DNA of 63,692 bases, filler included, from Reticulomyxa filosa (GCA_000512085.1; 14 parts of 14 records of this genome joined end to end with filler, not necessarily neighbours in it); one strand, 5' to 3'. Shown: positions 39,537 to 52,954, numbered from the whole stretch's first letter. Numbers and translations: made by a program. The notes: a model not told the origin generated them from the letters alone.

Positions 39537-39673
39537 NNNNNNNNNNNNNNNNNNNNNNNNNNNNNNNNNNNNNNNNNNNNTTAATTAATTAANNNNNNNN
39601 NNNNNNNNNNNNNNNNNNNNNNNNNNNNNNNNNNNNTTATTATTATTATTATTATTTGGCTTAAAATAAACAG

Positions 39674-40300
39674 GTGAAATACATCTTGGAATGCTATGGC
39701 GACTATGACTCGCGAAAGCGGAAGGATGCTGTAAATGGAAAGTATGATTGGCGACAAAAAGTGATTGGACCATTGATAGGTACAACAAGTAATCCAATTG
39801 GCGAAGCGTGTTGCTCACACTTGTCTCGTCGATTTCTTTCTGTGTTTCAAATGCACAAGTCTTGTGGCTGGCATGGACACTTTGTAATTGCGTTTGCTGT
39901 CGCTTTGTGTCACCGTGGGTCATTTCGAAATATGTGTCGTTCAAATATTTGCGAATGTCAAAAGGGGGCGTCGTTGTAAAAATGGACGTGCGTTTCGTTG
40001 GTTTCTGCTTGACTGATTCCTGCTGTCGTCTTCGTCGTCTTTGTTGTCGTCATTCCAAATCCCATTGTCTTTTTTTTTTTTACTGTTTGCACTTTTAATG
40101 GTCTTATCACATTCGGTCTGCTTTTTTTGTCACTGTCATCTTCAGTCGACACGCTTTCGAACGTGCCCAGCTTTGCTGTCATTTCAAACGATATTATTAG
40201 CACACTCAACGATAGTGACACCAGTGCTATCATGCAATACAAATATATCCATTTCTTATGCACTCTCAATTGCGTTGCGAGCTTCTGTTTATTTGTCACA
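39674..40300 (-). CDS. Hypothetical membrane protein fragment
   Basis: Hydrophobic segments WIYLYCMIALVSLSLSVLII and LDYLLYLSMVQSLFV lie in two ORFs offset by one frameshift at about 39960. Confidence 0.35.
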
Positions 40301-40713
40301 ATTCGAATTCTATCAACTTTTTTTTTTTTTTTTTGGTTTTGCTTTGCATGTTCCTCCTCTGATCTATTAGTCCTGTTTATTTCTTAACGCAAAAAACGCA
40401 GGAAAGCAAATGGAATTGCATCAAATACTTTTGGACAAAAGTCTATTGAAGACGCCCGAAATTGCCACGAACATTTATTAAAAAAAACATACATGCAAAA
40501 TCTTGGAGCACAACCCCTTTTTTCCTCTTCGAGTTGGCCTCGTTATACAGTTGAGTAGTTATGTGATGAGCGCATCCAAGAGATCGGCTCATTTCTTGAT
40601 TTATATATCTGCCGCCTCTATTTATTAACTTGAAGAGCCTTACAAAAGGGACAAGAAAAATTCAGGATTTTTTTGCTGATGAACCAATGTTTTGACATCA
40701 TTTAAATAAAAAA

Positions 40714-41325
40714 ATGTCGAAATTTTCACATAACACAACTTCTGATCTGGGCAGTCCAGAGCTATATCAATTGGTCTCGCGAGACAAAACAACAACAGAA
40801 GATCAAAAAAAGGCAATTAAACTGATAGGATTTGATTTTGATTTGACACTAACATCGTTCCGAATTTTTGGAGAAAAAAAAGACTTTGAAAATGGGGAAG
40901 AGTTGATGGGTGGAAAATATCGTGTTGAGGCGTTGAAAAAGTTGTTGAAATATTTGAAATTTAAAAAAAATTGTTGGCTAATAGCAATATCTTGGAATCA
41001 TGCCAGTGTGATGAAACAATTCTTGACACAACCATCGATCCAAATGCTTGACTTATTTGACAAAATTTACGATCGCAAATTTGTTCAAGCTTTTGGAGGA
41101 TATGTCGAAGGAAAGGGAAAGTTGTTACAATACATGTGCAATGTCAATAAATTAGCTCTTTCTCAAGTTTTGTTCATTGACGACAGTCAAGAAATTTTGC
41201 AAAAAATACATCCTGATATTTCCACAAAATGGATCAAAGGTGAACATGGAATACAAAAAAAAGATATTGATGATATTTTGCATGTCTGGTTTAATGATGC
41301 ACAAACCGAAAAATTGTCCAAATGA
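40714..41325 (+). CDS. HAD-superfamily phosphatase-like protein (single exon)
   Basis: Motif I GFDFDLTLT, motif II IAISWN, Lys in GKG, motif IV LFIDDS. Confidence 0.8.
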   Translation: MSKFSHNTTSDLGSPELYQLVSRDKTTTEDQKKAIKLIGFDFDLTLTSFRIFGEKKDFENGEELMGGKYRVEALKKLLKYLKFKKNCWLIAISWNHASVMKQFLTQPSIQMLDLFDKIYDRKFVQAFGGYVEGKGKLLQYMCNVNKLALSQVLFIDDSQEILQKIHPDISTKWIKGEHGIQKKDIDDILHVWFNDAQTEKLSK

Positions 41326-42507
41326 GAATAAAATTTCTTTTTCGCATATATTTCATTTGTAATTTTTTTTTAAGAATGTCATTGTATCTTCCGATTGGAT
41401 GCTCCTCCAACTCGGCAGGAAAAAAATATCGCTTCAAAGAAATTTAGTTTTCCACAAAACAGGAAAAATTCAAAAGGACTTTCAATCAACATCATTTCAA
41501 TACTAGTACTAAAAAGTAGATAGGAAAAAAAGATTATCTTTTTTCACTCTGAATTATAACGTATATAATAAATTATATCAATCATGTTATTAAAAAAAAT
41601 TAATAATACTTTTGCTTACTTATGCCAGATTTTACAAATGGTTATCTGATAAATTTCAATAAAAAATAATAAGTTTAAAGCAAAACACTTAAATTTTGTC
41701 TCAAGCAAATTTACAGCGGAAAAAATACATTGCTTTGTCAAAAGTAAAACAAACTGAAAAACTGTTAGAATCGAGCTTTCAAAAGATGATATCAGAAAAA
41801 ATACAGTACTTTATAAATATTCTCAATGTTTTCATTAAAATATTGTAATACATAATAAATCTAATGGCTTATATATTAATTAGTAACATGCCACACAACA
41901 AAATAAATACAATAGATCACATAAATAACAAAGAATATATTTATTACGTGCTTTTATTGAAGTTTAATATCCAAAATAAGAACAATACATTGTTGTGTTA
42001 CAATACAAAGCACATTGCTTGTAAATGCTATGCAAAAAAGATATATGCTAAATTCTGTTTTTCAATGAAACTCGTTAAAAAAATGGCAGAATTATGTCAG
42101 CTTTGTGACCGTATTCGCACTGGCTGAGAAAAGATTAAAAAATGAAAACAGTACTTTTTTTTTGGTCAAGTTAGAGGGATATACATTAAAGGACACTAAT
42201 TTTATAATGACAATCCGCAATGGAAATAGAAAGAAAGTGAAAAAAAAAAGAGTGTTGTTTGTTAAGACCAAGGGATATATCCAATCCAATTGAATGAACT
42301 TTTTTTTTTTCCAATGCAATAGAAATGTTGTCAAAAGTATGAGTGAAAAAAGAGGAAATGATAAAATGACTGATACTTATTAACAATATAGCAAAAGCAC
42401 AGATCGCAATCATGGACAACAATGTTTGTTCTGCTTTCCTCCTCAATTTTTAATGAGCACAACGACAGTGGAAAAAAAGAAGAGGAAAGATGAACAAGAT
42501 AAGACAG

Positions 42508-42546
<39 letters not shown>

Positions 42547-42664
42547 ATAAAANNNNNNNNNNNNNNNNNNNNNNNNNNNNNNNNNNNNNNNNNNNNTTAA
42601 TTAATTAANNNNNNNNNNNNNNNNNNNNNNNNNNNNNNNNNNNNNNNNNNNNATGCAATAAAGG

Positions 42665-42697
<33 letters not shown>

Positions 42698-42702
42698 GTG
42701 TC

Positions 42703-42734
<32 letters not shown>

Positions 42735-42767
42735 TTTAAATTATAGTTAATAACAAAAATAAATTAG

Positions 42768-44987
42768 ATAAAAGCAGCACTAGAGGGACTGAATGAAAAT
42801 GACACGACACCGAAGGCGACAGGAACGACGAATGGGCCCGAAACAGTAGAAAATAACCAAGACAAAGCGATGGAAGTGACGTCATCCACAAACGATGGCA
42901 ACAGCGGTGGAGACGTGCTATCATCCGATCCGCAAGCTTGTTTGTCCGATGATGAAAACAAAGATTGGAATCAATGGATTAAAAAGCACTCCGTTGACAT
43001 TCCCAAACTACAATACTTGCCCAAGTTTATTGCATATACTGCTATACTTACATATCTATCAAATATATACAAATGTGCATATATGTATGTTATGTGTGTG
43101 TATAATGCAGAAAAACAGTAACAATCGAACGTGAATTACGAGCGACACAAGAGCAGTTACGACAAGAAAGACAAAAGACGAGTGAGCATATGCTGCAATG
43201 GAAATCACGCATTGAGCAGCAAAACAGCGCGGTGAAAAACCTGCACGACCGCGCCAAAGAGTTAGAAACGATGTTGAATCAGTTCAGCAATGAAAACGAC
43301 GAACTGAAACAAGACATCAAAAAATTGCAAATTGAAAATGTCAAATTAAAGAAAGCAGACAGTGCACATCAAATTTTTCTGCAAATGAAAGCCGAAGAAG
43401 AAAAGAAGAAGACGCAAGAGTTGCAGACTTATATTCTCGTAAATAGTACATACATATATACATATATGCATATATGCATATACATGTATGTGTGTGTAGA
43501 TATGCACGTGTGTATTTTCTAATTTGAATCATTCACTATGAAAATATCCCATCCAACCATCATCGTCATGTTTAAAAAATAATAATAATAATAATAAATG
43601 ACGTGGTTAGACGTTACAAACAGCTTTGTCGGCAACACAACAAAGAGAAGAAGAGCTGCGACTGTACGCGCAAAGTGTGGAGGAAAAAATAGAGGAAGAA
43701 CGAAACGAACACCAAAGGGAAATGAGTATGCTGAAGGATAAAATCTCCTCTCTCACCACTTTGTCACAAGAAGAAATCCAGCAAGCTTTTCAGTTTCTTT
43801 GTCTCTTTGTGCACGTTTGTAATCACAGAACCAAAAAAAAAAGAAATGGTAGTAATAATAATAATGGACTGGGGGGAAATCGAATAGAGTGACAATAGTG
43901 GAATTAGAAGACATGTTAAATACGACAACAAATGCAAAAGAGCGAAGAGAAACCAATGCATCATCACTCCCCTCACGAACATTGAATTCCGATCCGAAAA
44001 ACACTCCACACAATACCAACACGACAGCGTCGAATTCTAATATTCACAAAATATCGTCACATAAACTTGTTCAAGATTTGTTGCAATCTTTAGAAGAAGT
44101 ATATATACATATATGCACATATATGTATATATATGTATATATATATATATTTGTATTTATACATATCCCTCTTCCTCTTTTTTATTCCTCTCTAAAAACA
44201 AAAACAGGAAAAAGTGCATGGTCGAGCCTTGGAAGAAGAGCTGCAAACGCATCGACAACAGTGCCGACAGAAAACGCAACAGAAATTAGATTTATTGAAT
44301 GAATTGGAGAACAGAGACATTGATCACTTGTTGTCTCAGTCGCAGATATTTGATGAGACATTAGCTCGACATCCTCTTCCTCTCCCTCCTGTTGTCCGAA
44401 CAAAGTCGTCGTCGCACGCATTTAGACGCTCGAACTCACGTGATCGGAACGCATCCTCTTATCAAGCACGAACCCCTCCTCCCTCCAAACGTGGGTCCAA
44501 TAGCTTGCTCTCGGTCACCAATGAGCGTGTGCGATCGCAAACACCTTCTTTGCCGTTCAAGCGCACCGACACGGGCCTTTCGGAACCTGTCTCGAATCCT
44601 TCCAATACAAAAGAATCAAAGCCAATGCACTCTTGGACGTTGTTGACAACCAATCCACAAAACTGGTTTATTGATGACTGTGGTGATGTTATTGTGTTGA
44701 ACAAAGAGTCGATACACACAGACAACAAAGCACCCTTGTCATCCAAGTCATTGCCCACAGATAACAGTGTCTCACACAAATCTGCGTCCAATATCCTCAA
44801 CAAACCCAATTCCCACAACTCCGCTGCACTTTATCAAGCTAATTCACAGTCTGCAAAAAATGGAGCTTCTAAAGACAGTCCTCCTGCCAAATCGCATTCG
44901 GACTCAACTCATTCCGCCAAAGATGTCTCTGTCAAATCACAAGAAGAAAACAACACATCTTATTTTGGTTGGTTCAAGTATTTTTAA
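42768..44987 (+). CDS. Coiled-coil protein with Ser-rich C-terminus; multi-exon, 5' truncated
   Basis: Heptad-rich exons (43190-43430, 43626-43780, 44214-44330) separated by (TA)-rich introns; ends in YFGWFKYF. Confidence 0.6.
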
Positions 44988-45474
44988 CTTTACTTTTTTT
45001 CAATTTTTTCTTCTCCAAATCTTTTTTTCAAAAAAAAGAAAAAATTGAAAAATCATTGATAATAAAAAAGTTAGTGGAAGTGGATTTAATAATCTTATAA
45101 CTAAAAATATAATATATCTTATATTGACAAAATTAACAATTTTACCACCAAATTTATAACTTTTTCTAAAGGAAAATAAATTCCAAAACAATTCAAATGT
45201 TCAAATTTGCAAAATTTTTTAGTGCGACTGTAGACCAGAAAATTTATTTGTTACTGGAGGTGCACTAGTTTTTTACAGAATAGTAAAAAAATTGAGCTAT
45301 TGCACGTATAAAAAGAAAAAAAAAAGCGAAAGATCTTTGCAAGTTAAAACAGAAATTTAAAGAGAACATATACAAAGAGGAGAGAAAAAAAAGAGCAAAA
45401 GAAAAAAATAACATTTTGGCTTAATTTGGTGATCAATGACAAAGAAAAAAGCGATGGGATTAAAGAAAGACGTG

Positions 45475-45975
45475 TCAAAAATCATCGTCCGAATCATCTT
45501 TTGATCCAGTGAGTTTCAAATGATATTTTCTCTCTTGAGTTCGAATTGTCCGCACAATTTGTCGATATTGTAAACTAATCATTTCATCTGACTCTTGAGA
45601 CCATGAACAGCCATTACTGATACGAATGTGTCCTATTAACCTGTCAATTTCTTCGATCTGTTTGTGATAAAATTCAATTGCATCCTGGTAAAATTTTGCC
45701 AATGCTGGCTCTGTTTCTTGTTTCAGTTTTGTCCAGTAATATTCTATTTTACGTTGACTTTTGGCACGCAGCATCCACAGTTGGTCTAACTTTGCATTCC
45801 AACCCAACCCTTTTGATTGAATCGCTGTCACAGACACATTACCACTGTTGTCATTGTCACTTGCTCGGGATAGTGATCGAAAATTTTGTGGGACTAGTCT
45901 TCTTGTTGACAGATTTTCACTTTTTTCATTAGTTTCAGGTGGTATACCTTTACAACTCACACATCCTGAGCCCAT
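45475..45975 (-). CDS. Small helical protein with a predicted N-myristoylation/palmitoylation motif
   Basis: Starts MGSGCVSC; helical hairpin core; acidic C-terminus. Confidence 0.6.
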   Translation of the reverse strand: MGSGCVSCKGIPPETNEKSENLSTRRLVPQNFRSLSRASDNDNSGNVSVTAIQSKGLGWNAKLDQLWMLRAKSQRKIEYYWTKLKQETEPALAKFYQDAIEFYHKQIEEIDRLIGHIRISNGCSWSQESDEMISLQYRQIVRTIRTQERKYHLKLTGSKDDSDDDF

Positions 45976-46446
45976 TCTTGTTTTTTTTAATTTTATTTTC
46001 AATGCAGGCTGAACAAAAAATGAAAAAAGACACACAAAAATCCTCTACACTCAATCTCTTTTGAAGAGAAGCAAACTGTAGAAATTGTAAAAAATTGGTA
46101 AAATCAAAAACTTAATAAAGTAAGTGAGTTTGGTTGATATGTTGCTTTCTTTGGAAGTACAACTGACAATTGTAAAAAAACGTATAGTACATAATATAAG
46201 CAAGTGTTATGATTTTTTTTATCTTTGCATATTGAAAACTACTTAGCAATATCATTTACCACTTTAATTTAGTGCGTCTTTCATTTTGTGATTACAACAT
46301 ATTTGTATGTCTTAAGAAACTCTTTACGATTGGCAACAAATACTCTTGATGATTAGGCTAAACGTGTGAAACGCCAGTGGCAACAAAAAAAGGGTCGTTT
46401 GGAAAAGAAATAAACTAATTATTGTTTTTATCAGAATAGTTAAGGA

Positions 46447-47707
46447 ATGGGCGCAAAATGTTTTAATGCGGTACAGCCAGAAGCCGAGGACAAGAGGAAT
46501 GCACCCTCTGGCAAAGAACAGCCAGAGGATGACGAAGACGTGAACCGCGCCCTAAAATCAGACAACGATTCTCAAAAAGCACCAGGTGCATAAACATAGA
46601 TCTATATTTTTGCAGTCATCGTCACCAAAAAAAAAAAAAAGTGACACAAATGAAAAAAGATTTTATGGGGGGATACAAAACAAAGCAATAGTAAAGAGGG
46701 CAAGCTCAAATGAATCGACGAGTGGCGGCAGTGAAGTCACAATGAATTATCAAGTAAGCGCAAGTGACGAAAGACAAAAAGGACGAGGAAAGCAACCTTC
46801 TCCTTGCACTGGCGCCAGTGACGTAGCAGGAGCAGAAAGCAGCGACGGTCAATGGAATAGTGATCAACGATCGAAGCCATCCGAACAAAACGAGGCTGGT
46901 CACAACGACGTTCCACAAGAACGATACTACCGTACGTGTACCATGCTAATGGAAGAGGCGATACTGGGCGATGATGACACTGCGGATATTCCATTAGTTT
47001 ATTATTCATTCTTTTTCTTATTTATTTTTTTTTTGATAATTTCGAATTTTAAAGAAAAGGTCGAGATGAGAAAAGAAAAAAAAAAATGTATGTACGTGTA
47101 CGTATTGGGCTTTTTCTTTCCAAAATAATAGGGCAATTCGCAGGACACCACAAGAAACAACCGATCGATAGTGCAACACACTCAGGACAGTAACGTAATT
47201 TAAACCTTAATCGTTATGACTACAATGGTAGTCAACGAGTGGGCAAATTCGGCCACGTTGGACCAAGCGCAAATAAGAATAGTAGATACAGTGCACAAAG
47301 CACTGGCGATGATCCTGTGAATTATGAAAGATGTGGCTCATTTGCTGTTCCTGGTATAAATTTACTTGTTCATTTTTTTGTAAAAAAAAAAAAAAAGGAA
47401 CTTGGAAAAAAAAAGAGACATGGGCAAATATTTCACGTTTTTTTTTATATTGTTGTACCTTGTGACTTACGAAGAGGGACAGGAGTATAAATACAATCAA
47501 GCATGGTTGGACCCAGGCACTATGCACACTGCCCATGGCCGAGCCTTATTGGGGTCTTTTGACCATAACCCAGAAATGCTCATGGAATCAAGAAGTGACT
47601 CAAAGTGGGAACAAAATCAACACTACGATGAAAAAAATATTGCTTCATTTAAGCCGTCTTCTACCAATGTTTTGTCTGAAATTGTCATGGACTTTGATCA
47701 CTCTTGA
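46447..47707 (+). CDS. Low-complexity hydrophilic protein with an N-terminal acylation motif; multi-exon
   Basis: Starts MGAKCFN; GC-richer exons alternate with A/T-run introns; ends MDFDHS. Confidence 0.5.
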
Positions 47708-48230
47708 GCCTGTCATTGCGGATAATAAGGAAATTTTCATTTATTTTTCCATCTGACTTTTTTTAAATACTCATTGTACTTTGTTATTGGGAATGTTTAT
47801 GATTTTTGTAATTTATTTTTTCTGTTCGCCCTCTTTTTATTTTTATATATACACTAAAAAAATCTTCATAAAACTGCATAATTTTCAATGTAGAGCAGCT
47901 TGTCAAATTTAAAAGGACAAAAAAGTTTGGGTTAAATGAACTACATAAAAAAAATTCTTAAAAATATACATTGACAAAACTCAAATCAACTATTCACTTT
48001 AAAACTGTAAAATATTTTCATTGGATGTAAATGAATATGTAAAAAAATTTGAAAAGCTTTTCTTTCAGCTTTGCGAAAAATAACAAAAAAATCTTTTCCT
48101 TCCATGCACACTACCGCTTTAAAGTCCATGAAAAATTTGACAAACACAAAATTTTAAGAAAGAGGAGTCGTGCACGTGCAAGGAAAGAAAAAATAAAGAT
48201 AACAATAGAAAATAATTTTTTAATTCCAAT

Positions 48231-49148
48231 TTATGCATAGTTGTACAATCTCATGACTGCTGGGGAAGCTTGGTTACCAAACGATTGGGTTATTGCAACA
48301 ACGTGCGCACGGTCACACAGAAATGCTGCAAAAACAAATCCACCGTCTTTTTCTTTGCAAGAAAATTTATGCAGTTCCTTCCCAGAGCTTAAATCAAAGA
48401 TTTTGCAACGTGGAATTTGCTTGCGTGTTACCACAACCAAACCGTTTCGGCAATCAACCGATTTGATATGTTCAGCATCAGTATCAATGAATCTTGTTGG
48501 TTCTGATAATTGGCCTCCTTCTTCTGGAGACTTTGCTACAAACACACGTAATTTGCGATTGCCAGTGACAACATAGGCACCATCACTACTTACAGATAAA
48601 CACCAAAATGGATATTGTGAGTCTTCTGCAACACTTTGGCCCTTGTATTGCGGCAACGCATCACTGTGACAGATACATGTGCATATATATTTTTCAAACA
48701 CACACAAATGTACTTATCTGACCATCTTTTCAGCAAATAGATGTGAACATGTAAAACAAAACAAAAAAATATATATATATGTGCATATATGTACATGTAT
48801 ACGCGCATATACAACTATATTTAAACCGAACTCATTTTCGTCTTTTTTGACATCATCCCTTTCATCTTTTGATTTTGCACGTTTGTGTCCCAATTTTTTT
48901 CCTGTTGACGTTGGTTTAGGTGTCTCGCGCATGGAGGCACGTCGGGATGGTAGACGGGCCAGTTTGCCTCTGTTCTGCGATTTGTTATTACTGATAATGT
49001 CTCGCATTACTTCGTTGGTTGGAATGACCGCATCAAACAAGAATTGAATGTCACAATCGATGGTCGACATATCGAAAGCAAACAAGTGTTGATCATGAGA
49101 CACAGAATAAAGCCTATCAACAACAATTACAAAAATCGGGGTCATTAC

Positions 49149-49151
<3 letters not shown>
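48231..49151 (-). CDS. WD40/beta-propeller protein, C-terminal fragment
   Basis: RLYSVSHDQHLFAFDM, FWCLSVSSDGAYVVTG, CKIFDLSSGKELHKF. Confidence 0.65.
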
Positions 49152-49186
<35 letters not shown>

Positions 49187-49286
49187 NNNNNNNNNNNNNN
49201 NNNNNNNNNNNNNNNNNNNNNNNNNNNNNNTTAATTAATTAANNNNNNNNNNNNNNNNNNNNNNNNNNNNNNNNNNNNNNNNNNNN

Positions 49287-49680
49287 TTACTTTGCAAATA
49301 AATTATCTGAATTAAGAATTCAAACAAATCTCAAAAGAAATTAAATTGGCATTTCATCAATATTGTCAAAATCTAGGATTTGAAATGTTTATTTGTGGAA
49401 ATCAAATTGAAACAGAAAATGATTGTAAAGAAAATGAAAATTATAACATTTGGAGTAAATTAGATTCAGTAATGGGAATAGAAACTAAACATATGGATGA
49501 AAAATTAGAACTAAAACTGAATGATATAAGATATCTGTTGAAATAATACAAAATGACTGGGAACAATACTTCAATGGTGACAGTATTGCAAATATGTATT
49601 AAGAAAAGTTGGTGACAATAAATATCAATTTTTACATAAATCATGTCAAGGATATTATACTGCACAAAAAATTATATACA
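49287..49680 (+). pseudogene. Degraded paralog fragment of the NACHT-WD40 NLR at 26966-32660
   Basis: Closely similar DNA to about 29520-30040: ANKLSELRIQTN, FHQYCQNLGFEMF, WEQYFNGDSIA, GDNKYQFLHKSCQ.YY.AQKII; contains stops and frameshifts. Confidence 0.88.
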
Positions 49681-51484
49681 ATACCAAAAAATCCTAAAGA
49701 AAGCTAGCTTTTAAAAGCTTGTAATGAAGCTTACCAATGAGAGTTGCGTTGGAGTTTCTTTTTTTTTTTGTTAAGTGTGGCCATTCTTCAACACCTTTTG
49801 CTCTATTTCTGAGATTGTTTTAGATGATGTACGATGAAAAAATATTTGAATTTTTTTTTAAGATCAACAAAGGGAGCGTCCAAAGTATTGACGATACAAT
49901 CAAATTGAACATTTATCAAGCAAAATAAGTTCAAAGAAGAATTATTCCTCTTACTGAAATAAAGATCTTAAGGCAATCTCCGTTTCATTTTAACTTTTTT
50001 GAAATTTTGTTTTCTTTAGTTATTATTGTATGCAATTTGTAGTTGAATCAATTAGAAGAAAAAGAATTCAAATCATAATATGATTTTTTAAAAAAAACAT
50101 CTTGAGTGATTTAATTTTCTTTTGAATAATTAAATGAAATAAGTACTTCCACCTAACGAATTAACACACGTATTTAATTTTTTTCTTCTTTCATAGACAT
50201 TTTGTTTTTAAATTGCATGCACTCAATTACGTTCACTTTGCACATTTCAGAATTATACAAGCAGCATTCAATAATAGGTATACTTGTTATCAAATGTTCA
50301 GATTTTTTTATAATATCATCACATGTAATACACTTTCGCTTCTTGTTTCAAACACCGCATAACTGGATATTCTTGTCTTGCTCCAATCGTAGTTAAATCT
50401 CCCACTTCTTTATCTTCAGTACTTCTTTTTTGGGGATTTGTAATCTTCTTTCCCATCTACTTAATCTTAATAGGTTTAAATTTGACATCGGGTACAATTC
50501 ATTTTGGAGAATATCCAAAATTGATGATGAAATGATAATTTTTCTATTTCATTTTCATCTAACGCTTCCATTATTTTCAGATGACTTACACTTTTGAATA
50601 ATATTATATTATTTACAAAAAGGAAAGTAAAAGAGTAATAGATTATCATCAAATTATACAATATCTTTTCTAATTGTTAAAAGATGTAAGCTCAAAAAGT
50701 CAAGCGTATTGTATTAGTATTGAACGTTATATGATTGCTAATGAACAGAAATAGTCTATTTTTTATTAATTTCTGACAATAGGGATAACTGATAGAAAAA
50801 TAAAGGAACAAACATGTTTATGATGTAATTACATACTTTTATGAAAATTAACAATATTCCTCTTCGAAAGTAAGATTCTGTTATTTGACAGATAAATTCA
50901 ATATAATCAGCCTTGTAAAAAATATTTGTTCTACGTCAAATACTTTTTCAAAAAAAATTACACTGTACCACATCAAGCTTTTTTTACCAGAATTTCACCC
51001 TAGTGTTTGCAATTCATTTATCTAACGTCCCAGAGTGGTTTTGTAATTTCGAATTTTTCAAATTTGTATTCATTTTTTTTTATAAACCCTTAAATCTTGA
51101 GTCATTGTTCATTATGGTAATACAAAACAAAACATCATATAATCCAACCAAGTGATATTTTGGAAAGAGGAACACTTGGACAACTCAAATATACTTTTTA
51201 GTTTTTATAAATTTTAATACAATTTCATAAGTCAATTTTCAGTTATACTCACTTAAGGTATCATAACATAGTTAAAACTGATTGCAGTCTAACTTTTTAC
51301 CACACCGAGATTTTTTCATCGGAATTCACAAATGTGTTTGCAATATATTGGTCTATCGTCCCAAATTGGTTTGGCCATTTTATNNNNNNNNNNNNNNNNN
51401 NNNNNNNNNNNNNNNNNNNNNNNNNNNTTAATTAATTAANNNNNNNNNNNNNNNNNNNNNNNNNNNNNNNNNNNNNNNNNNNNT

Positions 51485-52141
51485 ACAGACGATCGCGCCT
51501 CTTGCTGCCCGGTAGCACGCTGGCGCCGCCGCAAGGAAGTCCGCCCCGCCGAAATCCTGGACGCGGCACTGGCGCTGTTCGTGGAAAAGGGCTTCAAGAC
51601 CACCAAGATGGAAGACATCGCCAAGGCGGCCGGTGTCACCAAGGGCACGCCCTACCTGTACTTTGAAAACAAGGAAGACATTTTCAAAGCGGTAGTCCGC
51701 GAAAACCTGGTTACCCGGCTGGCCAGTTTTGCCGAGCTGGTACAGCAGTTTGACGGCAGCAGCACCGACCTGCTGCGCCTGATGATGCGGCGCTGGTGGG
51801 TGGAAGTGGGCGAGTCGCCACTGGGTGGCATCTGCAAACTGATGTTTGCGGAGGCCACCAACTTTCCCGATCTGGCGCGCTTCTACCACGACGAAGTGAT
51901 CGAGCCCAGCCACCAGATGCTGATGCATGTGCTACGTCGCGGCATCGAACGCGGCGAATTCGAGTGCAGTAACCCGGATGCCGTTGCCGATACGCTGACC
52001 GCGCCGATGTTGCTGACGATGACCTGGCGTTGCTCGTTCGGACGGGTCATAACGGAGACGACACATCGCTCGCTGCCACCGCTGGAGTATCTGGAACTGT
52101 CACTCGACCTGATGCTGAACGGCCTGAAAACACGCAAATGA
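51485..52141 (+). CDS. Bacterial TetR/AcrR-family transcriptional regulator (5' partial)
   Basis: GC-rich contig; RWRRRKEVRPAEILDAALALFVEKGF..TKMEDIAKAAGVTKGTPYLYFENKEDIF HTH. The reading frame is open upstream of the ORF-track start. Confidence 0.93.
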   Translation, partial: TDDRASCCPVARWRRRKEVRPAEILDAALALFVEKGFKTTKMEDIAKAAGVTKGTPYLYFENKEDIFKAVVRENLVTRLASFAELVQQFDGSSTDLLRLMMRRWWVEVGESPLGGICKLMFAEATNFPDLARFYHDEVIEPSHQMLMHVLRRGIERGEFECSNPDAVADTLTAPMLLTMTWRCSFGRVITETTHRSLPPLEYLELSLDLMLNGLKTRK

Positions 52142-52170
52142 TAAAAGTACTTCACACGAGGAATGTTCTC

Positions 52171-52854
52171 ATGACACCACGCCTGCCCCGTGCAGCCCTG
52201 GCTGTAGCTTTGCTGCTGGCACTCAGTGCCTGCAAGGAAGAAGTGAAACCGGCAGAAGATATCCGCCCCGTCCGCTATGCCACCGTTGGCCAGGCACAAG
52301 CCGGTAGCACCTACCACTTCAGCGGCGAAGTCCGGGCACGGCAGGAAAGCCGCCTGGCCTTCCGCGTCGGCGGCAAGGTGATAGAAAAGCGGGTTAACAA
52401 CGGTGACAGCGTGCAGAAGGGGCAAGTACTGGCCGTGCTGGACGGCAACGACTACCAGCTGGACAGTCAGGCCAAGCAAGCACAAGTCGCGGCCGCACAG
52501 GCCAACCTGGTGCAGCAAGAGGCCGACCTCAAACGCTACCGCGAGCTGCTGACGCAGAACTTCATCAGCGCTGCCCAGGTAGAGCGCCAGCAAACCGCAG
52601 TGCAAAGCGCCCGCGCCAGCCTGCAGCAAGCGCAGGCAGCGCTGTCTGCCAGCCGTAACCAGGCCGCTTACACCAGCCTGGTAGCCGACAGCAGCGGGAT
52701 TGTCAGCGATATCGCGCTGGAACCCGGCCAGGTGGTCGCCGCCGGCCAGGTGGTTGCCCGCCTGGCAGCGGCCGGCGAGCGCGAAGTGCTGGTACAGGTA
52801 CCGGAAAACGCGGTCGCCGCAGTACGCAGTGCTACCGCTTCAAGGTCAGCCTGT
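52171..52854 (+). CDS. Bacterial RND efflux periplasmic adaptor (membrane fusion protein), lipoprotein, 3' truncated
   Basis: GAGG RBS, lipobox LSAC, GEVRAR.ES.LAFRVGGKV..R.V..GD.V.KGQVLA.LD, helical hairpin, GQVVAAGQ. Confidence 0.92.
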
Positions 52855-52954
52855 NNNNNNNNNNNNNNNNNNNNNNNNNNNNNNNNNNNNNNNNNNNNTT
52901 AATTAATTAANNNNNNNNNNNNNNNNNNNNNNNNNNNNNNNNNNNNNNNNNNNN

